This document shows positions 12,251-25,702 of a DNA stretch of 64,000 bases, one piece after another. The notes beneath the pieces are model-generated. The model was not told the DNA's origin. It was given only the letters and a program-made list of their open reading frames with translations, and ran no database searches. This DNA comes from Podarcis cretensis. Taxonomy: Eukaryota. How positions within the stretch are numbered: position 1 is the first letter of the stretch; every line of letters starts with the position of its first letter. The translations under genes were made by a program, and so were the position numbers. Location: positions 86,800,001 to 86,864,000 of the forward strand of contig OX638150.1 in NCBI GenBank assembly GCA_951804945.1, given 5' to 3'.

Positions 12251-13589
12251 ATAAGCTCCCAGGGACATACAGGTGTTTCTGTTTTTGTTCTAGTATCTAT
12301 TTTGTACTCTCTCAAAAGCAATTTTTTACATATGCTTTTGTTTTGAACTATTGTTACTTGGTCCTAGGCTCTGGGTAGAAACTCATTCTGGATATAGGAG
12401 TGGGGGGTGGGGGGAAACAACAACAACTGACTAGTTTCAAACAAAGCTTGCAGCCTACACAGAAGCCTGAAACGGAGCAGGAGTTTTATTGTCAAAACAT
12501 TCCCACACAACTGCCGATTGTTAAGTGCGATCTTGCTCTTCCTGTCAAGTGCATGGGGAAGGGAGACGCGACTAAGGGGGCCTGCTGCCTACACAGCAAT
12601 ATATACCTTGTGCCTGAGAAGAAAATAGGTACACTCGCAGCACAAGCCTATGCCTGTTTACTCAGAAGTGAGGCCTACTCGATGAAGCTTACACCCAGGT
12701 GAAGTGGGCTCAGAACTTGCAGCCTCGTTTGACCTTCAGCGTTCAGTGGGGTTCACAGTGGGGTCAAATGAACAAGGCAAGACGCATGATGGCGCATCTC
12801 GTGTGAGAAATGCCCAAAAATGTTAATGTCAAAATAATCTTAACAATACTCAAAGCTTGTTTACTCACTGAGGCAAATTTTTATACTTTGCATTTTTGCT
12901 CACTCCCAAAATCCTAAGAGTTGCACTCAACTAAATTATTGCACTTGTGGAACAAACTTTCACCAGTTCAGTAGAGTCCCCCTGTCTCTCCACCCTCCAC
13001 AAACACCCTGCACTTCCCCTAGATCCGCTCTGGAGGACTGGGAGAACCCCCAGAGCAGATTTACGAGGGAGCACAGGAGGAGGAGAGCAGGGTGAGGGTC
13101 CTTGGCACTCACAGTAGTTGTTCTGTGTGCACAATGATTTCATTAGATGCAACTGAATACATTTTCAGTCGAGAGACCTGTGGCACATTACATTCATTGT
13201 GCCATAAAATTCTAATATACCAGAGCCTAATATGTCAGATCCATGAAACAGGGACCTACAACAAAATGTTGCAGTGGGTAGTGCTTCTCTTCAGTGTTTA
13301 GTCAGCCATGCTGTCCTTCAGGAATCTCCATTTCATTCCCCCATCCTTTCTTAGTTTTCCATTTTCTGTCCCGCAACAGTCAGGCCCCATCTGCGCTATA
13401 CATCTGAAGCAGTATTATACCATTTTAGACATTATGGCTTCTCATAAAGAATCCTGGGAACTGTAGTTTGTTTAGGTTACTTCGAGTTTATAGGAGACCC
13501 CCACTTCCTCTCACAGAGCTACAGTCAATCCCTTTTTAAAGGGAGCTCTGGAAATTTATGAAGGAAATAGGGGTCTCCTAGCAATTCTT

Positions 13590-13975
13590 GTGATGGTGTA
13601 CAAAGCCCTGAACAACTTAGGCCCAGGATACCTTAAGGAGCACCGTTCCCCATTTGTCTCAAGTCAAGCACTGTGACCGTATAGGGGAATATTATTAATG
13701 GTCCCCCATAGACCAGAAACATCACTCATGTCTAGTAGAAGTCATGCCTTCAATGAAGCAGACTCGACTCTATGGAACTCCCATTAGAAATCAAGCAGGC
13801 ACTGTCACTCCTCAGTTTTGGACACCGGGTTAAAATGGTTTTATTTCAGGAGGCCTTTGTAGTATGAATGCTGTTCTAATGTTTCCATTTTCTGATGTGA
13901 TTTACATTTTACATTCTGTATATTGTGTGTTTTATTTTTTTCTATAAGCCACTTTGAGACCTATAATGAAAAGTG
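13590..13975 (+). mobile_element. L2 LINE 3' fragment (degenerate)
   Basis: tacaaagccctgaacaacttaggcccaggatacctt (YKALNNLGPGYL) and a ...taagccactttgag tail. Confidence 0.7.
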
Positions 13976-15903
13976 GGACTGCGGCAGCTCTTCATCTTGT
14001 CTATGGTGTCTTTTCCTAAACATCAGGAGTCAGAAAAAAACAGTGGCTGAAGAGAAGGGTCTGTGGCCTTAGTGGCTGACAGTGGCTCTCAGTTCCAAGA
14101 GTCACCCAGGGTTGCCATTTGACTTGACTGCCCCCTACCTCACCTTCCCTTATTATTTTTATCTCATCTCCCCCTGCTCACTCCAGCATAACAATTTCCC
14201 TTTTGGAAATGTTATAGTAGTCAGGGTCCTACTTGAGGACTGTCCTGTATTTGATGGGCTGTCAGAGGATAGTCTGAAGGCATCTATCAGAGGAAGGCCT
14301 GTCAGAAGATATCTGAAGGCATCCTCTGTTTGAAGGGCTGTCCAGTCAAAGTCTGCTTGAAAATAAGGAATAAAGGAAAATACACTTTTCCAAAGTAGAC
14401 AGTCTTAGAAAGTATGGTATATAAAAGGAGCTGCCACCATCATGAAAACATAAAAGGCTCTCTTGGTGATACCATAGTGTCCCTTTAGAAAAAAGACCTG
14501 GGTGCTTTTGGAGTATGATGAAGACCTTGCAGTTCACCCTCAAACATTCCCCCTGATCCTGATAATGGTTGGTGTATGTGCTTGGTCACCATAGAGATGG
14601 GGAACTGTATTGCTGTGATTTTATAACCACTGTATGGCTTTATCTTTTTCTACACTGCTTTTAGATTTTTAAATATTACATGGATTATAGGTGTTTTAAA
14701 ACAAATGAATGAAAGGGTAGTATAAAGTGTCCCCTTCCCGCCCTACAGATGAGTGTTGTTTGACCTGCAGCCTTGCAAATGTTGTTGGACTCCAACTCCC
14801 ATCAGCCCCAGGCAGCATGGCAAATGGTCGGGGACGAGGGAAACAGCTGTCCAGAAACATCTGGAGAACCACAGCTTCCCCACTCCTAATGCAACAGTCT
14901 GCCTTCTCTGTGACACAGCCTACTAGCACCTGAGATAAGATTGATGGAGCGAGACTGAGGCAGAACAGCACCTCTTCTCTAGTGGCACCAAGGTAGGTTG
15001 AGCTCCCTCTTGTCGGAAGGCCCATCTTCCATCTTTCCTCTCAACTTTCAGAAACATTGTGGAAGCAGTTCTTTTAAAACATTTTTTCTTGTCTGATCCC
15101 AACTTGAGTATTTCTTTTCAGCTGCTCTGTTTGCTTTTCCTATACAGTAATTGACGTTAAGCTATAGTGTTTTATCTTTCGGCTGTTGATTTTATAATTT
15201 AGCTTTTGTAAGGAACTGGCTTTTGGAGCAGCATGAAAACGTCGGAATAAACAAACATACATAAACAAAAAGGGTTGCCAGATCTCATAGCTTGACTTGA
15301 AGTTTCTGCGGCTGCTTCTTAGGATCTCAGGTTGGGGAGTGGGGCAGAGTTAAAGGGTCTGGAGACGTTATGCCTGGCTTGAGAGCTTTTGTTATTTGCT
15401 CCATCCACCTCTATTCCCTTTCCTAACTCCTTCCCTACTGCCAGACCCATTTGGGAGCTCCCAAGTGGATCAGACCCCAGCCCAAAGCTGCACAGTTTAC
15501 ATTTGGCACCAAATTTAAGCAGTATGAAATGCATCCTAAGGCTTCTGGGTGTTCCAATGCTGTGGCCATTCCACACCTGAAGCAATAGGACATCAGGTGA
15601 GTGACAGGTGGGCATGGTTGGTGGGGCAGGGAACTACCTGGCCACAGATTCGGCCTTTGGGTTCCCATCCATGTGCTAGAGGGGTTGCTAGCTGCCCCCT
15701 TCAATCCAAAATCTCAGGGTCTGAGCCTCAGGAAATCTGGAAACCCTTTTCACAAGCTAGAAATAGATATTTTCAGTGTAATCTGACATGTTACTCTTTA
15801 GAATTCTTTTTGTTGTTTGGTTCCAGAACCATTAAGGTGGCAAGCTTGATTATAGGCTTTTTCTCCTCAGCACTCCTCAGGCTAAATGTATTTGTTAAAG
15901 GGT

Positions 15904-15907
<4 letters not shown>

Positions 15908-15940
<33 letters not shown>
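15908..15940. repeat. (AT)n microsatellite
   Basis: Directly visible. Confidence 0.95.
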
Positions 15941-15948
<8 letters not shown>

Positions 15949-17319
15949 CTTTGATTTATGAGTCCTGTACTGTAGTGTAGGCTTTAAGAAGCCCTGGCAA
16001 TCATGAGACTTGTCATAAAATCATGAGGCTCTTCATAGGAGTTGACAGCTTTGGATATTTCACTTTAAATAGTCTGTGAGTCTCTTTGAGGCCTGCATTG
16101 CCATCCCACAAAACAGGTTTTTGTGTGGGTGGGTGGGTATATATATTTTTAAATATTGTTTGGAACGTAATCAGCAAATGGCATACTAAAAGAAGCTAGA
16201 GGTTATGTACTAAATGGTTAAAGCAAATTTATATTTCACTCTTCTGCATAATAGTTAGCTCCACTGAGTGCAATGGGACTTAATTCCAGGTTAGTATGCA
16301 TAGAATTGCAGCCTAGGTGGTAGATTACACTTGAGGATGCTCATGAAAAAGCTTTCTCCTGTATCTGTGTGGGTATTCATATCATTTTAAGATGTTCTGA
16401 GATTTGCTGGAGCCAATCCAAACTGGACAGCAAGCTGCTGCTGGCTTGGCCCCTCTAAAAGAAGAGGGGACATTGAGATCCCAGGGATAATGGGAGCCAC
16501 TACGGCTGATAGGATTCACATAAGGGAGTGAATGAGTTAGGCTTAGAACTCCTGCCTCCAAAGTGCATAGAAGAACTGACATTAGATCCCAGGGACAGAG
16601 AACAGCATCTAATTAAAGGGCATTTGTCACATATCTATAATTAAAATACAAATATGTCATATGCTGTGTCTGCCTATAAATACAGAAAACAGGCAGCCAG
16701 CAAAGCCAGCTAAAGGACACCAATCAACCCTCTTATTTGTCAAAACAGAAAATGTCTTTTTGCGGGGGAAGGGAGGACCATATGAAAGGTTTTTATCAAG
16801 CTGGAAGAAATGATCCTTGGTTAGAGTGCCCATGAACCCCCTTGGCATCTACCCACCTAAATGCAACTTCAGCCTTTTATGTTGGAAGCAGGGAATCAGT
16901 GTAACTGCTCAAACAAATGCTGTCTAATATTCTGGCGTTAATAACCCAAGTCGCTTAACTCCATTGCAATATATATGTATTTGCACAGAATCAGAAACTT
17001 GAAGGGTGATAACCAAGCTGTTCATTTAATCGAACTTATACTGTCTGCTTCATCACACTGTTATAAGAATGTATCTCAGGAATGTGACATTACAGCAGTT
17101 TTACCGATACTTTTCCTTTAGTAAAAGGAAAGAAAAATAGAAGGATCGTTGGCAAGAAAGTGATATCAGAAGCACTCCTCCTGCCCAAGGTTAGCTTCTG
17201 GGGGATGTCTGCAAGAACAGCTATACTAAAATAAAATAAAATAAAGTAATCTCTTTGTAGTTGCCTTGGAAAGAAGTTGAAAGAGAAGTGAAGAGAATGC
17301 TTGAGGGTTGTTCAAAACC

Positions 17320-18240
17320 ATACTGGATCTCTCAGTGGCTTTTGATACTATCAACCAGGTATCTTGCTGGACTGGCTCATTGAGGTGGGAGCTGGAGGCA
17401 CAGTGATAAAATGGTTCCATCCTACCTACACAGCTGCTTTCAGAAATGGCAGGGAGGTGGGGGATCTTCTCAGTTCCATGGCACCTGTGCAAGGTTCAAT
17501 CTTGCCCCCCATGCACTTTAACATCCATATCAGAGGTGGGGAACCTGTGGCCCTTCAAGCTGTTGCTCCCATCACTCTGACCATTGGCCATGCTGGCTGG
17601 GCTGATAGGAGATGGGAGTCCAATAAGATATTGGTAGGGTTACAAGTTCCCTATTCCTGATCTACATGAAGCTGCTGGTTGAGATTCTCAGAGGACTTAG
17701 GAATGAGGTGACATCCATATGCCGATTACACCCATCTCTATTTCTTGTTTGCATCAGAGTCACATGAAGCTGTGCAGGTACTGAGCTGATGTTTGGATTC
17801 AGCACTGTTGCTTGAGGCCTAGGTGTTCTCGGTGGTGAGGAGTGCCTTGGGGTGATTTGACAGCTGCAACCAATCTTGGATAAGGATTGCTTGGCCACAG
17901 TTTCCTGTGCTCTGGTACAATCCTGTTAAAATTGTTGTAATGTCTTATACATGGGGCTTCCCCTGAAGATGACTTGAAAGCACCATGTGGCTGCCAGAAT
18001 TTGACTGGTACAGCCAGGAGGAATCACAACTGGCTTCCTATTTCCTTCTGATCCCAGTTCAAGCTGCTGGCTGGTATCTGGATGCCTGAAGCAGCACCTC
18101 TCCCTATATCAGCCATGCTTTAAAAGCAGCAGAGGGGGAACTTCTTCACATTCCACTGTTAGGCAAGTGATACGGGGCAGGACCTTCTCTGTGGTGGCCT
18201 GTTGTTCGTGGAATGCCCTTCCCCTACAGCTACATGAGAT
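17320..18240 (+). mobile_element. L2 LINE reverse transcriptase (RT) fragments, interrupted by a MITE at about 17530-17660
   Basis: LDLSVAFDTINQ (compare LDLSAAFDTIDH), a QGSILPP motif, YMKLL and a YADDTQLY-like motif. Frameshifted. Confidence 0.7.
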
Positions 18241-19016
18241 GACAGCTATGGGTTGTCTGTTTTAATTTATACATTTATAATTTATTATAATTTATAAGAA
18301 ATATCAAAATGTGTTCCAAAGCTCTACATGGTAACAGAATATTACAACAGGGAGGAAAATTAAGCCAACCAACCAGACACACACAGAAATGTATATAAAG
18401 TTAAAAAAGAAAGTAAGAAGTCTATTTAATAAATAGTAACTTTCTTATTGGATAGGTCAAGTATCAGTATTTGTACAATATTGGATCTACTAATCACATG
18501 GATAAGGAAGCTGATAAATAAGAAGCCTCATAAAACAAATAAAACTAAGAAAATCTATGTGACGTGTGTTACAAGAAACACAAAATCAAAATCATGGTCA
18601 GAAGAGCTTATGCAAGTCAACCAATCAGTGATTAGCAAATAGTCAGTAACACCCTCATAAAATTGGGGAAAGGGTTATGTCCTACCATCACCTGATTTTT
18701 ATTCCAAAAATTATTAAGCAGGTTCCATGCAGATTCAAATTTGCTAACCCTTTGTTTTCTCTGCCTAACGCAAATAACCAATGTAATGATAACATTGTTG
18801 TCATTTTGGTATTAAGTGAAAACTTGTGTGTTTTAGCTTTTTAGGTTTTTTTAAATGAGCAAATGTTTTAACCTTCTCCTTTGTTAAGCCGTTTTTAGTT
18901 TTTGTTTGCTTGAAATTCAACTGATTTTTTTGTTTTAAAAAATTATAATTATATTGTTCCCCCATCGTGGTATCAAAATCAATGAAGGATGGGGTATAAA
19001 ACATATAAACAAATAA

Positions 19017-19268
19017 TTGGAAAGCATTAGTGAAGACAAAGTTGCCAAGCATATAGAACAAGTCTTGGTGAAGAAGAATCAGCATGGCTTCTACAAAGGA
19101 AAGGCTCCATATTGTTAACCTTTTACAACACTTGGAGAGTGTCACTTAGTAAGTTGATAGGGATGGTCTAATAGGCACAGTGTACTTGGATTTTCAAAAA
19201 AGTTTTGATAAACCTCCTCACTAAATGCTCCTGAGTAAATTTAGCAGTGATGGAATAAGAGGGCAGGC
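19017..19268 (+). mobile_element. CR1 ORF2 RT fragment (degenerate)
   Basis: KNQHGFYKGK...VYLDFQKSFDKPPH*MLLSKFSSDGIRG, the CR1 RT motif. Confidence 0.8.
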
Positions 19269-22200
19269 AGGACTGGCATCAGGGTAAGGGTTGTTGTGTT
19301 TCTTCCTAGACCCACATCCCTGCAGCAAGGCCACTGCCATGCCCTAAAGACTCCTAATTCTGCTACTCATTCTCTTTGTGCTCTCTCATTCTCTCTCTCT
19401 GTGTGTGTGTGTTGGAAACAATTTTAATGCACTTTTAATAGGTATGTAACAAGGCAAGACAATAAGATCACTGTAAAGAAGGGTTGTCTCTATCATTGTT
19501 CACTTGCTGACTCCTGGCATGTAGGCCTGCTTTTCTCCTGCTGGTTGGTTGTGTGCATTGGGCCCGGAGGAAGAGAGCAAGTGACTGGGCAACAGTGCCT
19601 CAGAGAAAGGTAGGAAGCCCACAGAGAGAGGGCCCTCGCTGAGACCATCATGCCCAAGCAGGGACCCCAAACCTGAAGCTGGCATTGAGAGCAGGTCCTC
19701 TTATGGAACCAGTTCTGGCTAAAGAACAGGAAGCCATGATCAGGGATAAGTGGACAGTTCTTACAAGGGAGGGATGTAAGAAGTGGGATTTTCCATTCAA
19801 AACCTCCCCAAGTGCACAGTGCTGTTTGTACCATTTGATTAAGTGCCCCCATTTGATTAAGTGCAGTCTTTTCTTAATCCCTTGGTTTGAATTTTAATTC
19901 ATTTTCAGTTAATCTTTGTACTTATTACATCTGTAAGTCCATACATCTTTGTACCTATCATACCCATCAAAATCAAGAGATTTTGAAAATGTGTCTCTAC
20001 AGCCTTGACACATTTAAAAAAATAATAAGATGAAACCATATATTCTTTAGAAATCTACATTCAGCACTTCCTGACATTACTTCTTGTGTCCTGTTTAATC
20101 AGATGCCTTTGTATGGGATTATCAGCCTTCTGCACAGGGTCAGCAGTGCTACTAGAGTGAAGCAAGCGCCTTAGCCATCAAAAATTGGGTGCCATTGAAC
20201 TAACTTGGGCATCAAATATCAACTATATTTTACAGTGAGGGTGTGGCTCTTCCATCCCTGTCCTTTTTGTGCGGTTTCACCTAAGTCTATGCATTATATA
20301 TCCACCGCAAAGATCTTTCTTTCTACCGTACGACAGCCACAAGCACCATGTATATTTAGAGTCTAAATTTTAGTCAGATACTTTTTTGTTTCTTTCTTGG
20401 CTTTCTGTTTCCATTCCTCCCACTGAAGAAGGAACTGATAGCTCTTCCCCACCGTGGAAGCTGGGTTTTGGCACCTCTGTTTTTCTTTGAGCACAAAGGA
20501 AGACGGTGGGTGCATAAAACAGCTGATGTTGATGGAGCATTACGAGATATTTTCTGCAGAGTAAACATGCTTCCCAAGACTAGGAAAGGGATCCCTTATG
20601 TTTACCGCAGCGGGGTAGGGGAACAATATTCTTTTCACATTCCCTCCTCAGCCCTCTTGCCCTCTCCTATTCAGAAGAAGACTGACTCCTCTGCCTGGTG
20701 ATGTTCACTGCCCCTTCTTATTATGGGAGGCACACTCTGCTCACATTGTTCTCCTGAACTACCCACCAATTAGGAGCAACAAATGATCTATTTATATGCA
20801 CACAATTCAGAGGAATAGACACACTTGCACAAAGCGGAGACCACACACAAGCGCACACACACATATACACAACAAACTAGCACAAACAGGAGACAGGGTC
20901 TGCTTCCTTAATTATCTCCTGGAAGCCAGAACAATTAGAAGTCTGCTTTTTTCCCTCCTTTTATTGTTCTTGGCAAAAAAAAGGTTAATTAAACTCTGAA
21001 AATACCCTTCCCCCCACCAAGCATGAGACTGTTAATTTTCTCTTTATATTGGTATTTAATTAATTCCTGCAAAGACTCTGACTATTTTTTATATAATTTC
21101 TCCCTTTGTTTCCTTCCTTTCCTCCCTCTCCCCCCTCTCTCTTTCACTCTCTCATTGTTAATCCTCCCATATTCAGGGTTTTCCCCCTCCCTCTTCTGTC
21201 TTCCCCAGATTTGAAATTCTATTACCATTTCAGAAGGCAGGCGTTTGAAGAGAAAATTGAATACCCGTCCAGTCTTGATAAGAAGGGACACTTGGTACTA
21301 GCAGCAATTTGTGCAGCACCCCCCCTTTTTTTTTTTGCAAAGACCCCATTCCTCCATTCCCATTCATAATGCTTGTAATGTGTAAGGGAGAGAAAATTAA
21401 AAGGGGTGTGTGTGTGTGTGTGTGTGTGTGTTGGGAAGAGGAAGTGATGGGGTGGTGGTGTGGGCTGAAACGGAATGAATTGTCACATCTCTCTTTGAAT
21501 TAGCATTCCCTGTCTCCTTTCTTTCCATAGTAAATGTGTCATGGCAACAAGGCGTTGTACTTCTGCCTGGTGCTCTGTGAATAACATATTGTGGCTTCTA
21601 TGACAAGCTTTGGAGGGATCTGCCTGCACTTTCACTGGTCCAAATACTCTCCTCCTCCTCTTCTTTCTCTCTTGCACACACTTTTTCTTTTACTGGAAAG
21701 GCTTCCCATCTCTCAGGCACACACCTGGAATAAACAGCACTCTGTAGCCAGGGCTGACTATTTCTTCTCCGTTTGTGCAGGGAGGTAGTTGGCTTTTGAA
21801 GGATCCAGAGGCCCTTGAACCATATTCCGTGGCCTCCTCCTCCTCCTCCCTCCTCTAAATCAGGGCTCCCCAAATCCATCTGTATTGATATGAACACAGG
21901 CATTTTCTCTTGCCCCGCTAATTTCACACTACATTCCTGTATACCTGGTTATTCTGCCCTTGATGTTGCTCGGGATTTAATATTATAATTCTTCTGCAAA
22001 TAGAAATCACATTTGTTTGTAATGCTTTAGCATTGAGTGGGGAGCCTACGACCCTCCAGCTGTTGGGAGCATAATTCCCATCTTCCCTGACTTTGACCAT
22101 GCTAGCTGGGGCTGATGAGAGCAGCCACATACAGTTGCCAAAGAAAGAGGACCAAAGAGGGTATATTTGCATAAGATGCCGTCTGTCCTCAGTTAAAGCT

Positions 22201-24714
22201 ATGCTCAAGGCGGCTTACAACATGAAAAGATTCACCGGTACATAATCACCAGTGCTATTTTTCCAGAGAAAGAAGTGCCGAAACTCAACATGAACTCCAG
22301 GTGAAAAAAAGCCCTGATAATTACAAACATAACAAAAGTAGTCATGAACAATAAATGAAACACATCGAAACGCGCATAACCACGTTACATGTATAGATTC
22401 AAATTCAGGAATAATTACTATAATTTAAATAGAACCGCATCTCACTAGAGTGGGGAAGACTGTGGCCAGGTGCCTGCCTGCCTGCTCAGTCTGCTGTCTA
22501 GTTAATGGGAACGTCAAGACCCCTCTTGCTTGCCCTTCTTGGAGTTATTTATTTTTTCAGCCAGGCTTGGACCAGACAGCCCTCTGAAAAACAGGACATC
22601 TGCAGACAGAGGATTAACCTCTGGCCATCTTTCCACTAGAAGCCTGTCCTCTGTAAAGTGGTCCACCGAGCCAACTTTACAAGATTCTTTGCTCAGGGAG
22701 GAAACCGGTCCATCTTCCTGGTGCTCTCAGGCCAAATATGTCACAACAGGTACCCTTGAAGGAGAGCAGCAGTGTGAACATGATGTCTCTCTGGATTTAC
22801 AATTGTTAGTTACAAATGTATGGTACACACATTACAGTAAGCTGATGTACAATCTGTGTACATACGGTAAATAGTTGAGCTGTATAGTATTCACATGTAA
22901 CATTCAATGAGTGTACCATCTCTGTACGCAACAGTTTGGCCACAGGGTGCACTCTTTGTCATAAACACTTGTACTTATGTAGAGACAGCTTGCACATATA
23001 TTCAGTATAACATGTGAACAATCTGGAAAGCTCAAATGAAAGGACCTTCTTAGGACTGTGAATTGCATACACACAGAATTTTGAACTGGGTTCAACATTA
23101 ATTGTTCCAACAATGTTGGTGTTCATTTCATTTCTTTGTGCATCATTTGGTCCCATCCACATGGTTTTTCTATCCATATGTTTCCACAGCAGTGTGGGAA
23201 GAAGCCACAGAGAAATGCCACCCATATTGCTCCAGTGCTGTGTTAGGTAGCCTCATGACATGAACTCTGATGCAACAGTTGCAGGATCCCTGTGGCACCA
23301 AACAACCTAATCCACTGCAGCTTTGATATAAATGCAGTCTCTGCCAGCTAGGCAGCTTGAGTGCCACTTCCATTGTTGGGTGGATATATTGTCATCTTGG
23401 AAGTTGCCCTTAAGCTGTTTCCTCAGAATATCTGGGAGCTTTCTTAGTGTAAGAAGAACACTCACATTTTTGCTTTCGTCATTGCAATAAAAAGCAGATT
23501 GTGTGGTGTGGTCAGGGAAACTATATTAAAGTTTCAATTTAAATTGCAATTTAAGAGGAAGTATATTTGCAATTTTAAAGAAACAAAACTTTGGACAATC
23601 TCTGGTGAGTGTAAATATGGAAGAATCTCAACCCCCTCTCTCTTGGAAAGTGCTTTTTAGGGGCTACATCTGGTCTGCAGCTTCTCCCTGGTTCCATACA
23701 GCAGCCTGCTTGCTAACTGCTTGGATTATTTGCCTGGTAGTGCTTGTCATAAGAGTCTAGCCACGTGGAGGGCCTGTGCTTTCCTTTGCTGTTTTGACAT
23801 TGGCTCAGCCATGAGACTCTCCCTACATCCAAGAGCTGCGTTTCCACCTCTTATTTCCCTGCTAACAGCTTTCTCCCCAAAGGGAGCACATTAGGGAAGT
23901 GAGAAGTTCACCCTGACTGCACCGGCTGGGAGCACACACAACAAGCTACCAAGTCACGTTGTTTTTGTTTTTGCTGTTGCCGCTGATCAGCTCTCAGCGA
24001 AGGGCCTTCCACTCCTGCTGCACATGCTTTCTCTAACTTCTTCTTTATTTGCTGGGATCTCATCAGTGAGAGGCAGCTGTCAATTCAGCCAACAAAATTG
24101 TCAGGCCCAAAGGAGAATCAGGGCTTCAGTTCAAACTCTTGATTTCTGCTCATAACCCAACAGGTGGCTTTTGTGGCTGCTGTTTGCACCCTTCCTTAAA
24201 TGTTTCCTATGACATTGCAGTGCTTGTGAAAATGTGTGAAACAAGGGGTGGCATTGAGCTAAGGCTGTGCACACATTACTGACTTTAAATGCAGCTAGGT
24301 TGTTGTTTTTCTTAATTCAGGTTGAAGCTGGTTTGAGGAAGTGTGTCAAAACACAGTATTTCATTTAAAAAAAAGACAGGTTATATATGGATTGTTTCTA
24401 TCATGCGTACACTGCTTCCCAAACCAGTGGTGGGAACATACCGGATGCAGAGTAAACAGGTGTGTGTACACAGCCTAAGAGTTACTCAGTATACACCCAC
24501 TGAAATTAATGAATGTGACTAAGTTAAGTTGTGAATTTCAATGAGTGATATTCAACTAAGTTTTATTCAGAATAGACCCACTCATATTATGCAGCATGAC
24601 TAAGTTAGGTTCATTCATTTCAGTGGGTCTGCTCTGAGTAAAGCTTCATTGAATACCACAATGGAGGAGGGGGCCTTTGGTAGTGAAGTCAAACTGCAGG
24701 AAGGTTTTGCACAT

Positions 24715-25100
24715 GCTGGAGAGAAATAATTTGTTGCAGCTGGAGCAGATGAAGGCATCCAGTTGTGCTGCTGCATATGCACCATGGCATTTCTTCTCTC
24801 TGTATTCCTCCCAGCGGTCATTCCTTCTCTGGTCACTGCTATGGATGCACGACCTGACTGTCTATCTCCAGGCGCTGCGATTGTCTGCAAGGGTGTGGTT
24901 GATGTTGCCAGCCATCTTGTCATGTTTGTAGACATCTTTATGATGCAGAGTTGGTTGGCTAACGAGCCTGATGCCTGAAGCCAGCTCCCTGTAGAGCACA
25001 TCCTTGTGGATCTTGTCCTCTATGTCAAGGCAGCATAGACATTGCTGAGATAAGAGTGCAAACATGTTGGGAATATGGGCTTGGGAGAGCACATCTTTTG
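24715..25100 (-). mobile_element. RTE-clade LINE ORF C-terminal fragment
   Basis: KDVLSQAHIPNMFALLSQ...KDVLYRELASG.R...PTL..KDV.K.D...ADNRSAWRQTV...FICSSC. Confidence 0.85.
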
Positions 25101-25357
25101 TCTGCTTGGGTTCCACCATAACAGGCAACCTCTCCATCAACGCTGAGCTGGACAAGCATATTGGCAAGGCAGCTATGGCGATGGCTCGCCTCTCTAAAAG
25201 GATATGGGGAAATGCAATGCTAACATCCAATACTAAGATGAAGGTCTACCAAGCTTGTGTGCTGAACACGCTGCTTTGTGAAAGTGAGTTGTAGGCAGCT
25301 TAGAACCAACAGGAGCGATGCCTCAACGCCCTCCACATGCGCTGCATCCAGAAGATT
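25101..25357 (+). mobile_element. RTE LINE late-RT segment, inverted relative to 24715-25100
   Basis: LGSTITGNLSINAELDKHIGKAAMAMARLSKRIW...KMKVYQACVLNTLL...LNALHMRCIQKI, with in-frame stops. Confidence 0.85.
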
Positions 25358-25702
25358 CAAGCTGAAATGTCAGGACCCTGTGTCCTGGCTTATCTACCAA
25401 CCTGTCACTGAAGACAGCCGTCATTGACCGTGAGCTGAAAATGCTCAACACAGATGTTGCTGCTCTACAGGAGACCAGACTCACTTCAAATGGCTGCTTC
25501 TGAGATAAGAACTACAACTTTTCCTGGCAAGGAAAGCATCCAGAACCACCACGTATTCACAGTGTAGACTTCTCAGTGAGGAACGCCCTTCTGTCTGCCA
25601 CAGAACCACTAATCAAGGGCTCAGAATGCTTGCTTTTCCTCCGCCTCTCAACCACCTCTGGTCCCGTTAACATCTTGACCATCTACACTCCCACTATGTG
25701 CA
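25358..25702 (+). mobile_element. RTE LINE N-terminal AP-endonuclease (APE) fragment
   Basis: S*NVRTLCPGL...KTAVIDRELKMLNTDVAALQETRL...FSWQGK...LRLSTTSGPVNILTIYTPT, carrying the WNVRT, LQETR and IYAPT-type motifs. Confidence 0.85.
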
